Origin: Candidatus Magasanikiibacteriota bacterium | GTDB lineage: Bacteria; Patescibacteriota; Patescibacteriia; Magasanikbacterales; 2-02-FULL-50-9b | Direction: 5' to 3' | DNA: 64,000 nucleotides | NCBI GenBank assembly: GCA_903893485.1 | Contig: CAITMK010000011.1 | Span: 6,636-70,635, forward strand | Shown: positions 28,514-37,866 of the stretch, piece after piece | Numbering within the stretch: the stretch's first letter is position 1 | Layout: the number at the start of each line of letters is the position of its first letter | The notes under the pieces: model-generated | Seen by the model: only the letters and a program-made list of their open reading frames with translations | Database searches by the model: none | What the model was told of the DNA's origin: nothing | Made by a program: the position numbers and the translations under genes

Positions 28514-29263
28514 ATGCTGCGTTTGAAATTTATAGTAAATGGAACAACCATTTCCACGACCTACGATCTGGTTATGGAGGATGGTGAAACCAACCTGGTG
28601 ATCCAAACCACCGAGGGTTTGGAGGTTGTTGAAACGGAAAATCAGACCTTTGCGCGGCTGGCGGAGTGTCTGGCATATCCGAAGATGCACCCGATTATTC
28701 GGCGGGCACTGGTGGCGAAGATTGAACTCGAAGGAGGCTTGAGCTTCTTGAGCCAGCTGAGTGATTTGCCACTCATGGTGGTTGGCCCTCAGATTGAGGG
28801 AAAAGATTTGCGTTCGGGCAACTTTATCCGGATAACCCCGGCGGTGCTCGAAGCCCATGTCGCCGAGAAAAAGGCTGCGACGAAGATCGAGTCGATTACG
28901 CAGGAACTCATCGCGAAGTATGGCATCGATCACGCGGATGCGCAGCGGATTGCGCGCGCCTCAACAAACGGTCAAATCGCGCTGCGTGTGATCGAAGCGT
29001 GCGAATATTCTTTTCAGCCGAAGCCGAATGATGTCCATTGGACAATTCGTCGTCGCACGCTTTTGTACATGGCCATGGCGGCAGCTGAAGAGAACTTTGA
29101 TACTGACCGCAGTCGTAGTGTAGAAATTGCGGCAGCCTTTGCGGCCCATCGCCTTCCTCTGCCACACATGCTCACGTCCGCCCAATTGCCGCACTTTTTC
29201 CGTGGCGTCTGCGCGGCGCTCGAAAGTCGGTATTTTGTTCAGAAGGTTCTCATTCCCGAGTAG
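28514..29263 (+). CDS. Hypothetical protein (GC-rich cassette)
   Basis: 249 aa ORF in a patch with clearly elevated G+C; SD GAGGAG 7 nt upstream of the ATG; upstream TTGACT promoter-like element; no recognised family. Confidence 0.45.
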   Translation: MLRLKFIVNGTTISTTYDLVMEDGETNLVIQTTEGLEVVETENQTFARLAECLAYPKMHPIIRRALVAKIELEGGLSFLSQLSDLPLMVVGPQIEGKDLRSGNFIRITPAVLEAHVAEKKAATKIESITQELIAKYGIDHADAQRIARASTNGQIALRVIEACEYSFQPKPNDVHWTIRRRTLLYMAMAAAEENFDTDRSRSVEIAAAFAAHRLPLPHMLTSAQLPHFFRGVCAALESRYFVQKVLIPE

Positions 29264-29334
29264 CGCATCGGGTCCGCAGATTCTGTCCCACTCCCTTGAT
29301 CGCATGTATTGGCTGATCGGGGGGTGGGCATTTT

Positions 29335-29736
29335 TTATTTTTTCGAATCCACACAATCAGTATACGTTGCGATATTTTTTTCCCAGAATGTCACACTCGA
29401 GCCTTTATTCCACAGCACTAACGAATCATCGGCGGTGGCATAGCGAGCTCCATCAGCAGAAATTGTTTGCGGTAAAGTAAAATCGCGACCATCGCTCAGG
29501 GATATTTTCGCTGAGCCAGTTGGGGTGGGCATCGCATCCTGACTCACAGGTGCGATTTGTGGTTGTTCATAAAATATAACGTGGACACTTTTGTTATCGG
29601 GGCATGCAAATGTAGCATCAGCCACGATCGTTTTTTTATCAGCAGGCGATAGAGCTGAAATCCGAAAACGCCAGAATACGATCAGGGTGGAGCCTACTAT
29701 TAAAAAAAGTACTAGCAATATCAAATATTTTTTCAT
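29335..29736 (-). CDS. MliC-family lipoprotein (membrane-bound lysozyme inhibitor of C-type lysozyme-like)
   Basis: Signal/TM MKKYLILLVLFLIVG; conserved SADGARYATADDSLVLWNKGSSVTFW resembles the MliC SGARY...W.KG core. Confidence 0.5.
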   Translation of the reverse strand: MKKYLILLVLFLIVGSTLIVFWRFRISALSPADKKTIVADATFACPDNKSVHVIFYEQPQIAPVSQDAMPTPTGSAKISLSDGRDFTLPQTISADGARYATADDSLVLWNKGSSVTFWEKNIATYTDCVDSKK

Positions 29737-29811
29737 GTATAAAGCATAGCACGTTGCATAATCATTATCCACACTTGACATTTTTGTAATATCTGTAACG
29801 CTGGATACATT

Positions 29812-30372
29812 ATGAAACGTAAACATATCACTATTATCAGTACACTACTGATTTTGCTTATCGGTGTAGCGATACGCTCCCCAGCAATTAAAAATCTTAT
29901 TGCGCATAAGCCGCCCTCGCTACCGGCCCCAATAATAGTCTCTGCAAGTGAAACCGACATGGTTACGCGCACCGTTGATGGAGACACGTTTGTGGTTTGG
30001 CTCAATGGCACCGAAGAAAAAGTCCGTATGCTCGGCATGGATACCCCGGAAACAGTTGATCCGCGTAAGCCCGTACAATGTTTTGGTAAAGAGGCTAGCC
30101 ATCGCTTACATGACTTGCTCACGGGCGTTGTGGTGCGTCTAGAGCCAGATCCAACAAACGATAACCGCGATAAATACAATCGCATTTTACGATATGTATA
30201 TCTGCCCGATGGCACCGATGTAAATGCACAAATGATCCAGCAGGGTTACGCATTTGCATATACGGTTTTTCCATTTCAAAAACGCGAGGCATATTTGAAA
30301 CTGCAAACCGATGCACGGCAAAACGCGCGTGGCCTTTGGGCGCTCACCACCTGCGCTGGCAAGCACGGGTAA
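29812..30372 (+). CDS. Membrane-anchored thermonuclease (staphylococcal nuclease/SNase fold)
   Basis: N-terminal TM; VDGDTFVV...VRMLGMDTPE...DKYNRILRYVYL...QQGYAFAY SNase catalytic motifs. Confidence 0.75.
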   Translation: MKRKHITIISTLLILLIGVAIRSPAIKNLIAHKPPSLPAPIIVSASETDMVTRTVDGDTFVVWLNGTEEKVRMLGMDTPETVDPRKPVQCFGKEASHRLHDLLTGVVVRLEPDPTNDNRDKYNRILRYVYLPDGTDVNAQMIQQGYAFAYTVFPFQKREAYLKLQTDARQNARGLWALTTCAGKHG

Positions 30373-30434
30373 AATTTGCTACACTTACGTCATCCGGCAC
30401 TTTTACGCCGATATCGTAAAAAATAAACATCGCT

Positions 30435-30908
30435 ATGATGTCAGGAAAATATTCTTGCAAGGACTGGGGCATGCTCCTCATTCGCTTAGCAGTTGCTTTT
30501 GTCTTTATTCAGCATGGTGTTCAGAAATTAGGCAATATGCCAATGACCGTTGGATTTTTTGGAACGCTTGGTATGCCAGCTGCACTCGCATGGGTTGTTG
30601 CAATTGGTGAAGTATTAGCAGGTGTTTTGGTACTTCTTGGTGCATGGACCAAATGGGCAGGATATTTTGTTGCAATCGTAATGCTTGTTGCAATTTTGAC
30701 CGCAAAACGCAAAATGGGTTTCACCGCTTGGGATCTTGAATTATCAATGCTTTTTGTAGCACTTGGTCTTTCATGCACAGGTCCTGGTGCAATTGCGCTT
30801 CACGCGGGTTGTGGATGCTGCGCAGGTTCTTGCGCAAAGGGCAAAAATTGCCAGGGCGCTTGCTGCGGCAAGGGTGAAAAACCACAAGGCGGTTGCTGCC
30901 GAAACTAA
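30435..30908 (+). CDS. DoxX-family membrane protein with Cys-rich C-terminal tail
   Basis: Four TM DoxX topology (LLIRLAVAFVFIQHG...); C-terminal CGCCAGSCAKGKNCQGACCGKGEKPQGGCC. Confidence 0.65.
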   Translation: MMSGKYSCKDWGMLLIRLAVAFVFIQHGVQKLGNMPMTVGFFGTLGMPAALAWVVAIGEVLAGVLVLLGAWTKWAGYFVAIVMLVAILTAKRKMGFTAWDLELSMLFVALGLSCTGPGAIALHAGCGCCAGSCAKGKNCQGACCGKGEKPQGGCCRN

Positions 30909-30909
30909 T

Positions 30910-31398
30910 ATGCCTAAGATCGGTGCAAAAGCTCCAAGCTTTTCGCTTCCAGATCAGACGGGCAAAGTGCACGCACTCAAAGACTATCTTGGTCAATGGG
31001 TGCTGCTCTATTTTTACCCCAAGGATGATACGCCAGGATGCACCGTGGAAGCGTGCACCCTGCGTGATAATTTCCCCGCGTTTAAGAAATTAAAAATTGC
31101 GGTCTTGGGCGTAAGCGTTGACCCAGTGAAGAGTCATAAAAAGTTTGCAGAAAAATACGAGCTGCCGTTTACACTCTTAGCAGACGAAGAAAAAAAAGTT
31201 GTTGCAGCATACGGCGTGTGGGGCCAGAAAAAATTTATGGGAAGGGAATATATGGGCACCATGCGACACTCATTTCTGATTTCACCCGAGGGAAAAATTA
31301 AAAAAATCTACCTTGAAGTGAAACCAGCGCTGCATGCCGAAGAGGTACTCGCGGACCTCAAAAAATACCGTACAGAAACCGAACAAAAAGGCAAATAG
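30910..31398 (+). CDS. bcp: Thiol peroxidase Bcp (peroxiredoxin Q)
   Basis: VLLYFYPKDDTPGCTVEAC active-site motif. The start was chosen at MPKIG; the ORF track start at 30763 lies inside doxX. Confidence 0.8.
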   Translation: MPKIGAKAPSFSLPDQTGKVHALKDYLGQWVLLYFYPKDDTPGCTVEACTLRDNFPAFKKLKIAVLGVSVDPVKSHKKFAEKYELPFTLLADEEKKVVAAYGVWGQKKFMGREYMGTMRHSFLISPEGKIKKIYLEVKPALHAEEVLADLKKYRTETEQKGK

Positions 31399-31604
31399 GC
31401 CCTGTGGAAAACTCGGCTTGCGCTATCCGAAAGACTGGCGTAAGGTAGCCCCAGTTTATAAACATAACTAGGGCCAATATGCGCTTAAATTCAATAGTTA
31501 TGCGGGAGAATTTCTTCTGCGAAGACGGTTTTGAAGAAGATGACGAGGACGGGGTTTAACCCCGTCCTTGCAATTTACCCGTATCACTGGTATCCTCAAA
31601 ATGT

Positions 31605-32204
31605 ATGAAATACGAACCAGCTCCATTACCATTTTCAAAAACGCCAGAAGGCATTTCAGAAAAAACACTCACGATCCATCACGACAAATTATATGTCGGA
31701 TACGTGAACAAAAAAAACGAGATTGAAGAAAAATTATTGCCCCTGATGCAAGGCGGCGATGTTGCTTCTGCAAATCAATCATATTCAGAACTTCGCGCAC
31801 TCCTTGATGGTTTAACATTCTCTGCAAACGGTACCTATTTGCACGAATGGTATTTTGAATCATTAGCTGGTGCGGGCGTTCCACAAGGTCCATTCGCAGA
31901 TGCGCTTATCGCACGATTTGGTTCCATGGAAAATTTCTTGAAATTTTTTGCAGCAGCTGGTATGGCTGCGCGCGGTTGGGCAGTCCTGGCATGGGACACT
32001 AAATCACAAGCACTCCAGGTATACATTGGCGACGCACATAACCAAGGTGGTGTGTGGGGCGCAGTGCCAGTGCTCGTCATGGATGTATACGAACACGCAT
32101 ACTTCCTTGATTACGGTTCAGACCGCAAAGCATATATTGAATCTTATTTGAAACAACTCAATTGGGATCGTCTCAATGAATTGTACACGAGTGCGTCTCG
32201 TTAA
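31605..32204 (+). CDS. Fe/Mn superoxide dismutase
   Basis: HHDKLYVGYV N-terminal metal-ligand His region and C-terminal DVYEHAYFLDYGSDRKAY (D-x-W-E-H-A-Y-Y motif). Confidence 0.85.
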   Translation: MKYEPAPLPFSKTPEGISEKTLTIHHDKLYVGYVNKKNEIEEKLLPLMQGGDVASANQSYSELRALLDGLTFSANGTYLHEWYFESLAGAGVPQGPFADALIARFGSMENFLKFFAAAGMAARGWAVLAWDTKSQALQVYIGDAHNQGGVWGAVPVLVMDVYEHAYFLDYGSDRKAYIESYLKQLNWDRLNELYTSASR

Positions 32205-32513
32205 TTGTTCTTTCCTTCCTGTATGGCCGCCTCTCTTTTACGATCTATTGACATCTCGCAAGATATTCAAGCTGAAATTGAAGATATTGCCGCATATCTT
32301 TCCCAAGTGTACGGTTTTGATTTTCCACTTGAGCTTTTGGAAGATTGCTATAAACAAGTTACGAAGGTTGAAACGGTTCGCCATATTGCGGACCGCGTAA
32401 AATCTCGCGTGAATATCGACCCGGATGATATTTTCAATGACGATCGCATGGCTCGCCATGTCACGCGCCTTGAACGCGCATTTCAATATTACATCGACGA
32501 ACATTTATCATAA
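32205..32513 (+). CDS. Hypothetical small acidic protein
   Basis: 102 aa ORF between the sod and prx genes; no recognised domain. Confidence 0.3.
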   Translation: MFFPSCMAASLLRSIDISQDIQAEIEDIAAYLSQVYGFDFPLELLEDCYKQVTKVETVRHIADRVKSRVNIDPDDIFNDDRMARHVTRLERAFQYYIDEHLS

Positions 32514-32530
32514 TTTTAAACAAAAATCCT

Positions 32531-33052
32531 ATGTTACAAGTTGGACAACTCGCCCCATCATTTGACATCGAAGGTTACGTTGCTGGTGAAACAAAACACA
32601 TCGCGCTTTCAGACTACAAAGGTAAATGGACGGTATTGTTTTTTTATCCACGCGATTTTACTTTTGTTTGTCCAACCGAAATTAAAGGCTTTGCAGCCGC
32701 AGAATCAGAATTTGCAAAAATTAACGCAGTAATTGTTGGCGCATCAACCGACAGTGCCTTTGCGCACAAAGCATGGTTTGAACGCGATATGCCAGAAGTT
32801 AAATTTCCAGTTCTCGCTGATACCTCACTCAAGGTGAGTCGTGAATATGGTGTGCTCATTGAAGAAAGTGGCACTGCTCTGCGTGGTACTTTTGTAATCG
32901 ATCCAGACGGCATCTTGCGCTATATTGTTGTTTCAGATTTAAACGTTGGCCGCAGTGTCGAAGAAACACTGCGCGTTGTTGAAGCGCTCCAAACTGGTGA
33001 ACTTTGCCCTGTGGCATGGAAGCCGGGCACCGCGACTTTAGGCAAAGGCTAA
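32531..33052 (+). CDS. 2-Cys peroxiredoxin (AhpC/Prx1 family)
   Basis: FFYPRDFTFVCPTEI peroxidatic Cys motif; C-terminal resolving Cys (GELCPVAW). Confidence 0.8.
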   Translation: MLQVGQLAPSFDIEGYVAGETKHIALSDYKGKWTVLFFYPRDFTFVCPTEIKGFAAAESEFAKINAVIVGASTDSAFAHKAWFERDMPEVKFPVLADTSLKVSREYGVLIEESGTALRGTFVIDPDGILRYIVVSDLNVGRSVEETLRVVEALQTGELCPVAWKPGTATLGKG

Positions 33053-33056
33053 GCCT

Positions 33057-33656
33057 ATGTCACGCGAAGTGGTCTTTGACATTGAAACACAGAATACCTT
33101 TGAAGAAGTCGGCGCCGGAAACCACAAGGGACTTAAAGTCTCATTGGTGGTTACGTATTCCTACGAAGATGATACGTTTCGTACGTTTCGCGAAGAGCAG
33201 CTTAAGGATTTGTGGCCGGTTTTGGAACGCGCGGAACGACTCATTGGCTATAACTCAAAATATTTTGATATTCCGGTTTTACAAAACTATTATACCGGCG
33301 ACCTCATGAAGGTGCCGCATTTAGATTTGCTCGAAGAAATCAAACGCTCAGCCGGGTTTCGCCCAAAGCTCGACGATATTGCAAAGGCAACGCTGAACAC
33401 ACAAAAATCTGGTCATGGTTTGCAAGCGGTTGAATGGTTTAAAACAGGTGAATGGGACAAAATCGAAAAATATTGTATCGATGATGTGCGCATTACGCGC
33501 GATGTGTACGAATACGGAAAAACCCACAAACAAGTTTTCTATCCGGATCTACAAAATAACATCAAACCAATTTCCGTTAAATTTACTCCGGAAAAAGTTT
33601 TTGCAGCAGGTGGCGTTCCAACTACCGGCGGCATGAACATGACGTTGCCTTTCTAA
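33057..33656 (+). CDS. DEDD-family 3'-5' exonuclease (RNase H-like fold)
   Basis: VVFDIETQN (Exo I), YNSKYFDIPVL (Exo II), YCIDDVRITRDVYEY (Exo III). Confidence 0.5.
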   Translation: MSREVVFDIETQNTFEEVGAGNHKGLKVSLVVTYSYEDDTFRTFREEQLKDLWPVLERAERLIGYNSKYFDIPVLQNYYTGDLMKVPHLDLLEEIKRSAGFRPKLDDIAKATLNTQKSGHGLQAVEWFKTGEWDKIEKYCIDDVRITRDVYEYGKTHKQVFYPDLQNNIKPISVKFTPEKVFAAGGVPTTGGMNMTLPF

Positions 33657-33657
33657 T

Positions 33658-34929
33658 ATGAAAAAATTTTTGGCCGCTTGCCTTGGAAAACTAACTGGCC
33701 GCGTGCTCCAAAAATATCAGCCGCGTATTATTGCGGTGACCGGATCCGTTGGTAAAACAACAACAAAAATTGCCATTGCGGCGGTGCTGCAAACTAAATT
33801 TTCAGTGCGCAGCGCAACCAAAAATTATAATAATGAATTAGGATTGCCGCTCGCAATTTTAGGACTCGATGCCCCGGGCAAAAATCCATTTAAATGGTTC
33901 GCGATTTTTGCTGAAGGATTTCGATTATTACTTTCGCAAGATCCGCGATTTCCGCATGTGCTTGTGTTGGAATTTGGCGCGGATCATCCGGGAGATATTG
34001 CGTACTTGTTAAAAATTGCGCAACCGCAAATCGGCGTGGTGACCGCGGTTGCCGCAGCACATACTGAATTTTTTGGTTCCGTTGAAGGCGTGCTCGCAGA
34101 AAAAAAATTAGTTGTGACGCGCCTCGCAGAAGGGGGCACCGCGATTTTAAATACTGACGATGAGCTTATTGCGTCACTGAAGCCAGAAATTAAAGCGCAG
34201 ATCATTACGTACGGTTGCAACACGGGAGAAATTCGTGCAAGCCGTGCGCAAATTCATTACACCATGTCGGGCGATCCAGATGGAATTGAAGTTGGTATAA
34301 CCACCGACGATGGCGAAGTTGGATTTTTAGTTGCAGGAGTTTTAGGTCGGCCGGTTGCATATGCCGCCGCCGCCGCGGTTGCAGTTGGACGAATTTTTAA
34401 TTTATCAAATTCAGAAATTGCAAACGGATTAGCGCTCGCCGATTTTCCGCCGGGCCGCATGCGAATTATTCCGGGCATTAAAAATACCACGCTTATCGAT
34501 GATACGTACAACGCGTCGCCGCGCGCGGCCGCTGAAGCGCTTCGCGTACTTGCAGAAATTCAGGGCAGTGGCCGCCGAGTGGCTGTCTTGGGTGATATGC
34601 TCGAGCTCGGCGCCATGACCGAAGATGAGCATCGTAAAATTGGTTTGCTCGCGGCTGCGTCTGATGTGGCGCTACTTGTTACGGTTGGTGCTGCGTCACG
34701 CGCGTCGGGCGCCGGTGCGCGCGAAGCGGGCATGTCTGAAGATCAAATTTTTCATTTTGATAACGCGGCTGACGCAGGGCTTTTTTTGCAAGATCGTATC
34801 ATGACCGGTGATTATATATTGGTAAAAGGCTCGCAAGGTGTTCGCTGCGAAAAAATTGTAAAAGAATTGATGGCTCAGCCGCTACGCGCGCCGCAATTGC
34901 TGGTGCGTCAGAGTAAGGCGTGGCTATGA
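33658..34929 (+). CDS. murF: UDP-N-acetylmuramoyl-tripeptide–D-alanyl-D-alanine ligase
   Basis: IAVTGSVGKTTTK P-loop, NYNNELGLP, and a C-terminal Mur ligase domain. Confidence 0.75.
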   Translation: MKKFLAACLGKLTGRVLQKYQPRIIAVTGSVGKTTTKIAIAAVLQTKFSVRSATKNYNNELGLPLAILGLDAPGKNPFKWFAIFAEGFRLLLSQDPRFPHVLVLEFGADHPGDIAYLLKIAQPQIGVVTAVAAAHTEFFGSVEGVLAEKKLVVTRLAEGGTAILNTDDELIASLKPEIKAQIITYGCNTGEIRASRAQIHYTMSGDPDGIEVGITTDDGEVGFLVAGVLGRPVAYAAAAAVAVGRIFNLSNSEIANGLALADFPPGRMRIIPGIKNTTLIDDTYNASPRAAAEALRVLAEIQGSGRRVAVLGDMLELGAMTEDEHRKIGLLAAASDVALLVTVGAASRASGAGAREAGMSEDQIFHFDNAADAGLFLQDRIMTGDYILVKGSQGVRCEKIVKELMAQPLRAPQLLVRQSKAWL

Positions 34930-35678
34930 AATTAATTTCATTAAATACTTTTGGTGGCACTTTTTTTGAGTCGCTCATAGAATTTGTGGAGCGTGAAGAG
35001 TCGACCACTGATATTTTTTGTTTTCAAGAAATTTTATCTGAGGCGCATGATGCAACAAATGTGCGCGGTATGCGCATGAATTTGTTTATTGAGCTGCGAA
35101 CTATTTTGGCAGATTTTGATTATGTATCTTTAGTAACCAATCATAAAAATCAAGCGCCTGAAGAAGGATATACTTTTGGTAAAACAATTTTTGTAAAAAA
35201 ACCAATGCAGATTGAGACGCTCACAGATCATACTGAAGGAGCTTTTTTAGTCGCAAAAATCAAACAGATGAATACAGAATTTATAGTCTGTAATGTACAC
35301 GGCCGATCGCTTCCGGGAGAAAAATTTGATACTGCTGAACGTCTTGAACAGTCAAAAAATATTTTAGATTTTTTGGCCGCACAGTCGGGTGAAAAAATTA
35401 TCTGTGGTGATTTTAATTTATTGCCGCAAACACAGAGTATCAAAATGTTTGAAGAAGCTGGCTATAAAAATTTAATTACTGACTTTGCAATTACCACCAC
35501 GCGTGGAACATTGCATAAAAAGACGTATCCAGAATACGCAAATTTACCGGACGGATTTCAAGAATTTGCAGATTACACGTTTGTGATGCCAGGAATTTTA
35601 GTAAAAAGTTTTGACGTACCGGATTTGTCACTCTCGGATCATTTGCCGATGATATTGAATTTTGATGTTATTCAATAA
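34920..35678 (+). CDS. Endonuclease/exonuclease/phosphatase (EEP) family protein
   Basis: ISLNTFGG...FCFQEI N-terminal and LSDHLPMILNFDV C-terminal EEP motifs. Confidence 0.65.
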   Translation: MAMKLISLNTFGGTFFESLIEFVEREESTTDIFCFQEILSEAHDATNVRGMRMNLFIELRTILADFDYVSLVTNHKNQAPEEGYTFGKTIFVKKPMQIETLTDHTEGAFLVAKIKQMNTEFIVCNVHGRSLPGEKFDTAERLEQSKNILDFLAAQSGEKIICGDFNLLPQTQSIKMFEEAGYKNLITDFAITTTRGTLHKKTYPEYANLPDGFQEFADYTFVMPGILVKSFDVPDLSLSDHLPMILNFDVIQ

Positions 35679-35736
35679 ATATTGAAGGGAATTGCTTCGC
35701 GCGGGCTATATGCCTATGCTCGGTCGCGCAGCAGCC

Positions 35737-35757
35737 CTTCGATTCCCGTCAGCACAG
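35737..35757 (+). repeat. Partial copy of the tRNA-Glu 3' end (TΨC loop plus acceptor), inverted relative to the intact tRNA at 43110–43181
   Basis: TTCGATTCCCGTCAGCAC versus tRNA-Glu TTCGATTCCCGTTAGCAC (17/18 match); no complete cloverleaf can be folded around it. Confidence 0.6.
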
Positions 35758-35762
35758 CTGAT

Positions 35763-35800
35763 ATTTAAAAATATCCAGCGTTTGCTGGATATTTTTAAAT
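35763..35800 (+). terminator. Terminator-like hairpin
   Basis: aaaaATATCCAGCgtttGCTGGATATtttt. Confidence 0.6.
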
Positions 35801-35960
35801 AGCCCCGGGGACACTGCTAGCGAACTTTTTTATTCAAGCGGTGCGTGTCGAGCCTGAAATGCGGCAGTGGAGTGCTGACATCCGCAACTTTTTGAGTAAG
35901 GAAATACGGGAACCTAAATTTATGGTAACATACTAAAAAGCCATAAATAAAAAGAAAACT

Positions 35961-36143
35961 ATGTCATTACAACGAAAAGACGCATTGACCGACCTTATTC
36001 ATCACACGCCACGCGACAACGGACAAAATAACAAGCCACAAGGGCAAAGCCAACCTGCCGGAACAGTAATTGCGGCAGATGGTACATTAGTAACCCTTGG
36101 CTTAAATCAGAGTAAAAATTCGTCTGACACCTCTAATAAGTAA
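35961..36143 (+). CDS. Hypothetical small protein (low-complexity, Gln/Asn/Ser-rich)
   Basis: 60 aa ORF at the left edge of the AT-rich island; weak support. Confidence 0.2.
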   Translation: MSLQRKDALTDLIHHTPRDNGQNNKPQGQSQPAGTVIAADGTLVTLGLNQSKNSSDTSNK

Positions 36144-36169
36144 CACATGAACCTTAGTGGGTTAACAAT

Positions 36170-37432
36170 ATGCTGGGAAAAGATTTTGACGACATCGATT
36201 GTGATACCGTAAAAGCATTTTTAGAAAGTCAGGCTGACGAAACCCAAAAGATTGAGTTTAAAAGAGAAGCGTGGATTGATAAGCCTGATAAAGATGCCGA
36301 AAAAGGTGATGAAATGTTAAAGGATATTACAGGAATGGCTAACGCGTACGGCGGCTATATTTTACTTGGTGTGAAACAAAATAAAGAAAATGAGGTAATC
36401 ACTTATGAATTTTTTAATATTCCTGACCATGATAAAGAGATGGTGCGCATTAAGCAAAGATGCAACGCATGCATACAACCACGTCTTGATGGTTTTAAAA
36501 TAAAGAGTGTGGAGATGACAACGCTGGAAAAGGAAAGGGTGGTAATTCTGATTTTGAATGTTCCTCGGGGTATTAATGCGCCGCACGCAGCAAAAATGAC
36601 TGATATGCGCGCGGCCTATTGGTTTTGGCGTCGTTATGGTGACATTGTTTTGCCGATGCAGACATTTGATATACGAAAACAAATTATGGATACTTATTTT
36701 GGGACGGAGACTTTGGAGAAAAAATTTACTGATGCTTTTAATCATTTTAAAATCATTAATCATAGCGCGCCGCCATACATTTGGTTGGTCGCTAGTCCGG
36801 CAGATGTTTTGTCTAATAATCGAGTTGACATTAAAAATTCAGCAGTCAAACAAGCCTTTATAAATGAAAAAAGTGCATATACAACCAATCCTTTTCAATT
36901 CACTTTTAAATCTGAAGAATTAAAATATACGGTACGGGGTTTGTGCGCAGCAAGGTCGGGCTATAATATGGGTAAGCGTATAGAACTTCATAAGAGTGGT
37001 TTTCTTCAGGGTATTGGATTTTCTATTTTATCCGAAGAGCCGGGCGCATCAAGTAGACAGTTGTTATCTACATATCGGATTAGGTCGTTTATTTTGAGTT
37101 TTATTAGTCAGGTGTACACCTTATATCAAAATGCAAATATTCAGGGCGGTGTTGATTTTCAGGTTGCAATTGGACAAGCGCAGGGATGCAAACTTCCAAA
37201 TAGGGAGAAAGCACAATACGAAATTGGCATGGCTAGCACAATGATTGTAGAAAATTCATACGATGACACCGTACCACTTATATCTGAAATTATTCATATA
37301 GATGATTTTGACCGTAAACAAATTTTGTTGGTCGCTGACGATTTAGCTGAAAAGGTTTGGAATGGCTTTGGATTTGAAAAAGCAGCGCAATTTAGCCAAG
37401 AATATATTGACGATATAATGAGCCAAACATAG
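36170..37432 (+). CDS. AlbA_2/Schlafen-like putative nucleic-acid-binding domain protein with uncharacterised C-terminal domain
   Basis: The N-terminal roughly 140 aa carry the KIEFKRE...ITGMANAYGGYILLGV...VVILILNVPRG hallmark of the AlbA_2 (Schlafen-type) domain; the remaining roughly 280 aa are unrecognised. AT-rich codon usage. Confidence 0.55.
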   Translation: MLGKDFDDIDCDTVKAFLESQADETQKIEFKREAWIDKPDKDAEKGDEMLKDITGMANAYGGYILLGVKQNKENEVITYEFFNIPDHDKEMVRIKQRCNACIQPRLDGFKIKSVEMTTLEKERVVILILNVPRGINAPHAAKMTDMRAAYWFWRRYGDIVLPMQTFDIRKQIMDTYFGTETLEKKFTDAFNHFKIINHSAPPYIWLVASPADVLSNNRVDIKNSAVKQAFINEKSAYTTNPFQFTFKSEELKYTVRGLCAARSGYNMGKRIELHKSGFLQGIGFSILSEEPGASSRQLLSTYRIRSFILSFISQVYTLYQNANIQGGVDFQVAIGQAQGCKLPNREKAQYEIGMASTMIVENSYDDTVPLISEIIHIDDFDRKQILLVADDLAEKVWNGFGFEKAAQFSQEYIDDIMSQT

Positions 37433-37448
37433 CGCCAACAGGCTTTAT

Positions 37449-37862
37449 ATGACCTCTAATACTGTTAGTTTGGGTAGTTACGAAGAATCGTACAAATCTG
37501 ACACTTACGCTCAGTTTCAGGAACTCATAAGCACGCGTACAGCTTTGTGTACCCATAAGAACAGCTCAGTAGATAAAAACGAACGTGAGAGTACACGAAG
37601 AGCAAAAGACCGTCTCGTGGCAATTTATGGGCACTACGGTTACGTCAGTGTGAGTGTTGCGGTGCGGTATGCAGGAATAAGCCGAGACACCTACTACCGT
37701 TACTTACGTGAGGACGCAAATTTCGCGGCAAAAATTAATGAGGCGCAGGAATTTCTAAATGACTATGTGGAAGACCTATTGCTTAAAAAAATTGTGCGGG
37801 ACGAAAATATAGCTTGTATCAAGTTTTATTTATCCCACCGACACCCGGCTTACAGGAAGTAA
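37449..37862 (+). CDS. HTH-domain protein
   Basis: 137 aa; VSVAVRYAGISRDTYYRYLRE looks like a helix-turn-helix (resolvase/terminase-small-subunit style). Confidence 0.4.
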   Translation: MTSNTVSLGSYEESYKSDTYAQFQELISTRTALCTHKNSSVDKNERESTRRAKDRLVAIYGHYGYVSVSVAVRYAGISRDTYYRYLREDANFAAKINEAQEFLNDYVEDLLLKKIVRDENIACIKFYLSHRHPAYRK

Positions 37863-37866
37863 TATA

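Noticed and set aside
30763-30909. Extended 211-aa version of the bcp ORF starting inside doxX
   Set aside because: The extension overlaps the doxX C-terminus in another frame. The conserved peroxiredoxin N-terminus begins at MPKIG (30910), which directly follows the doxX stop.
31519-31545. GAGGACGGGGtttaACCCCGTCCTT hairpin upstream of sod, as a possible terminator
   Set aside because: The perfect hairpin is not followed by a T-tract, and it lies inside a 5' leader. It is kept only as part of the leader finding, not called as a terminator.
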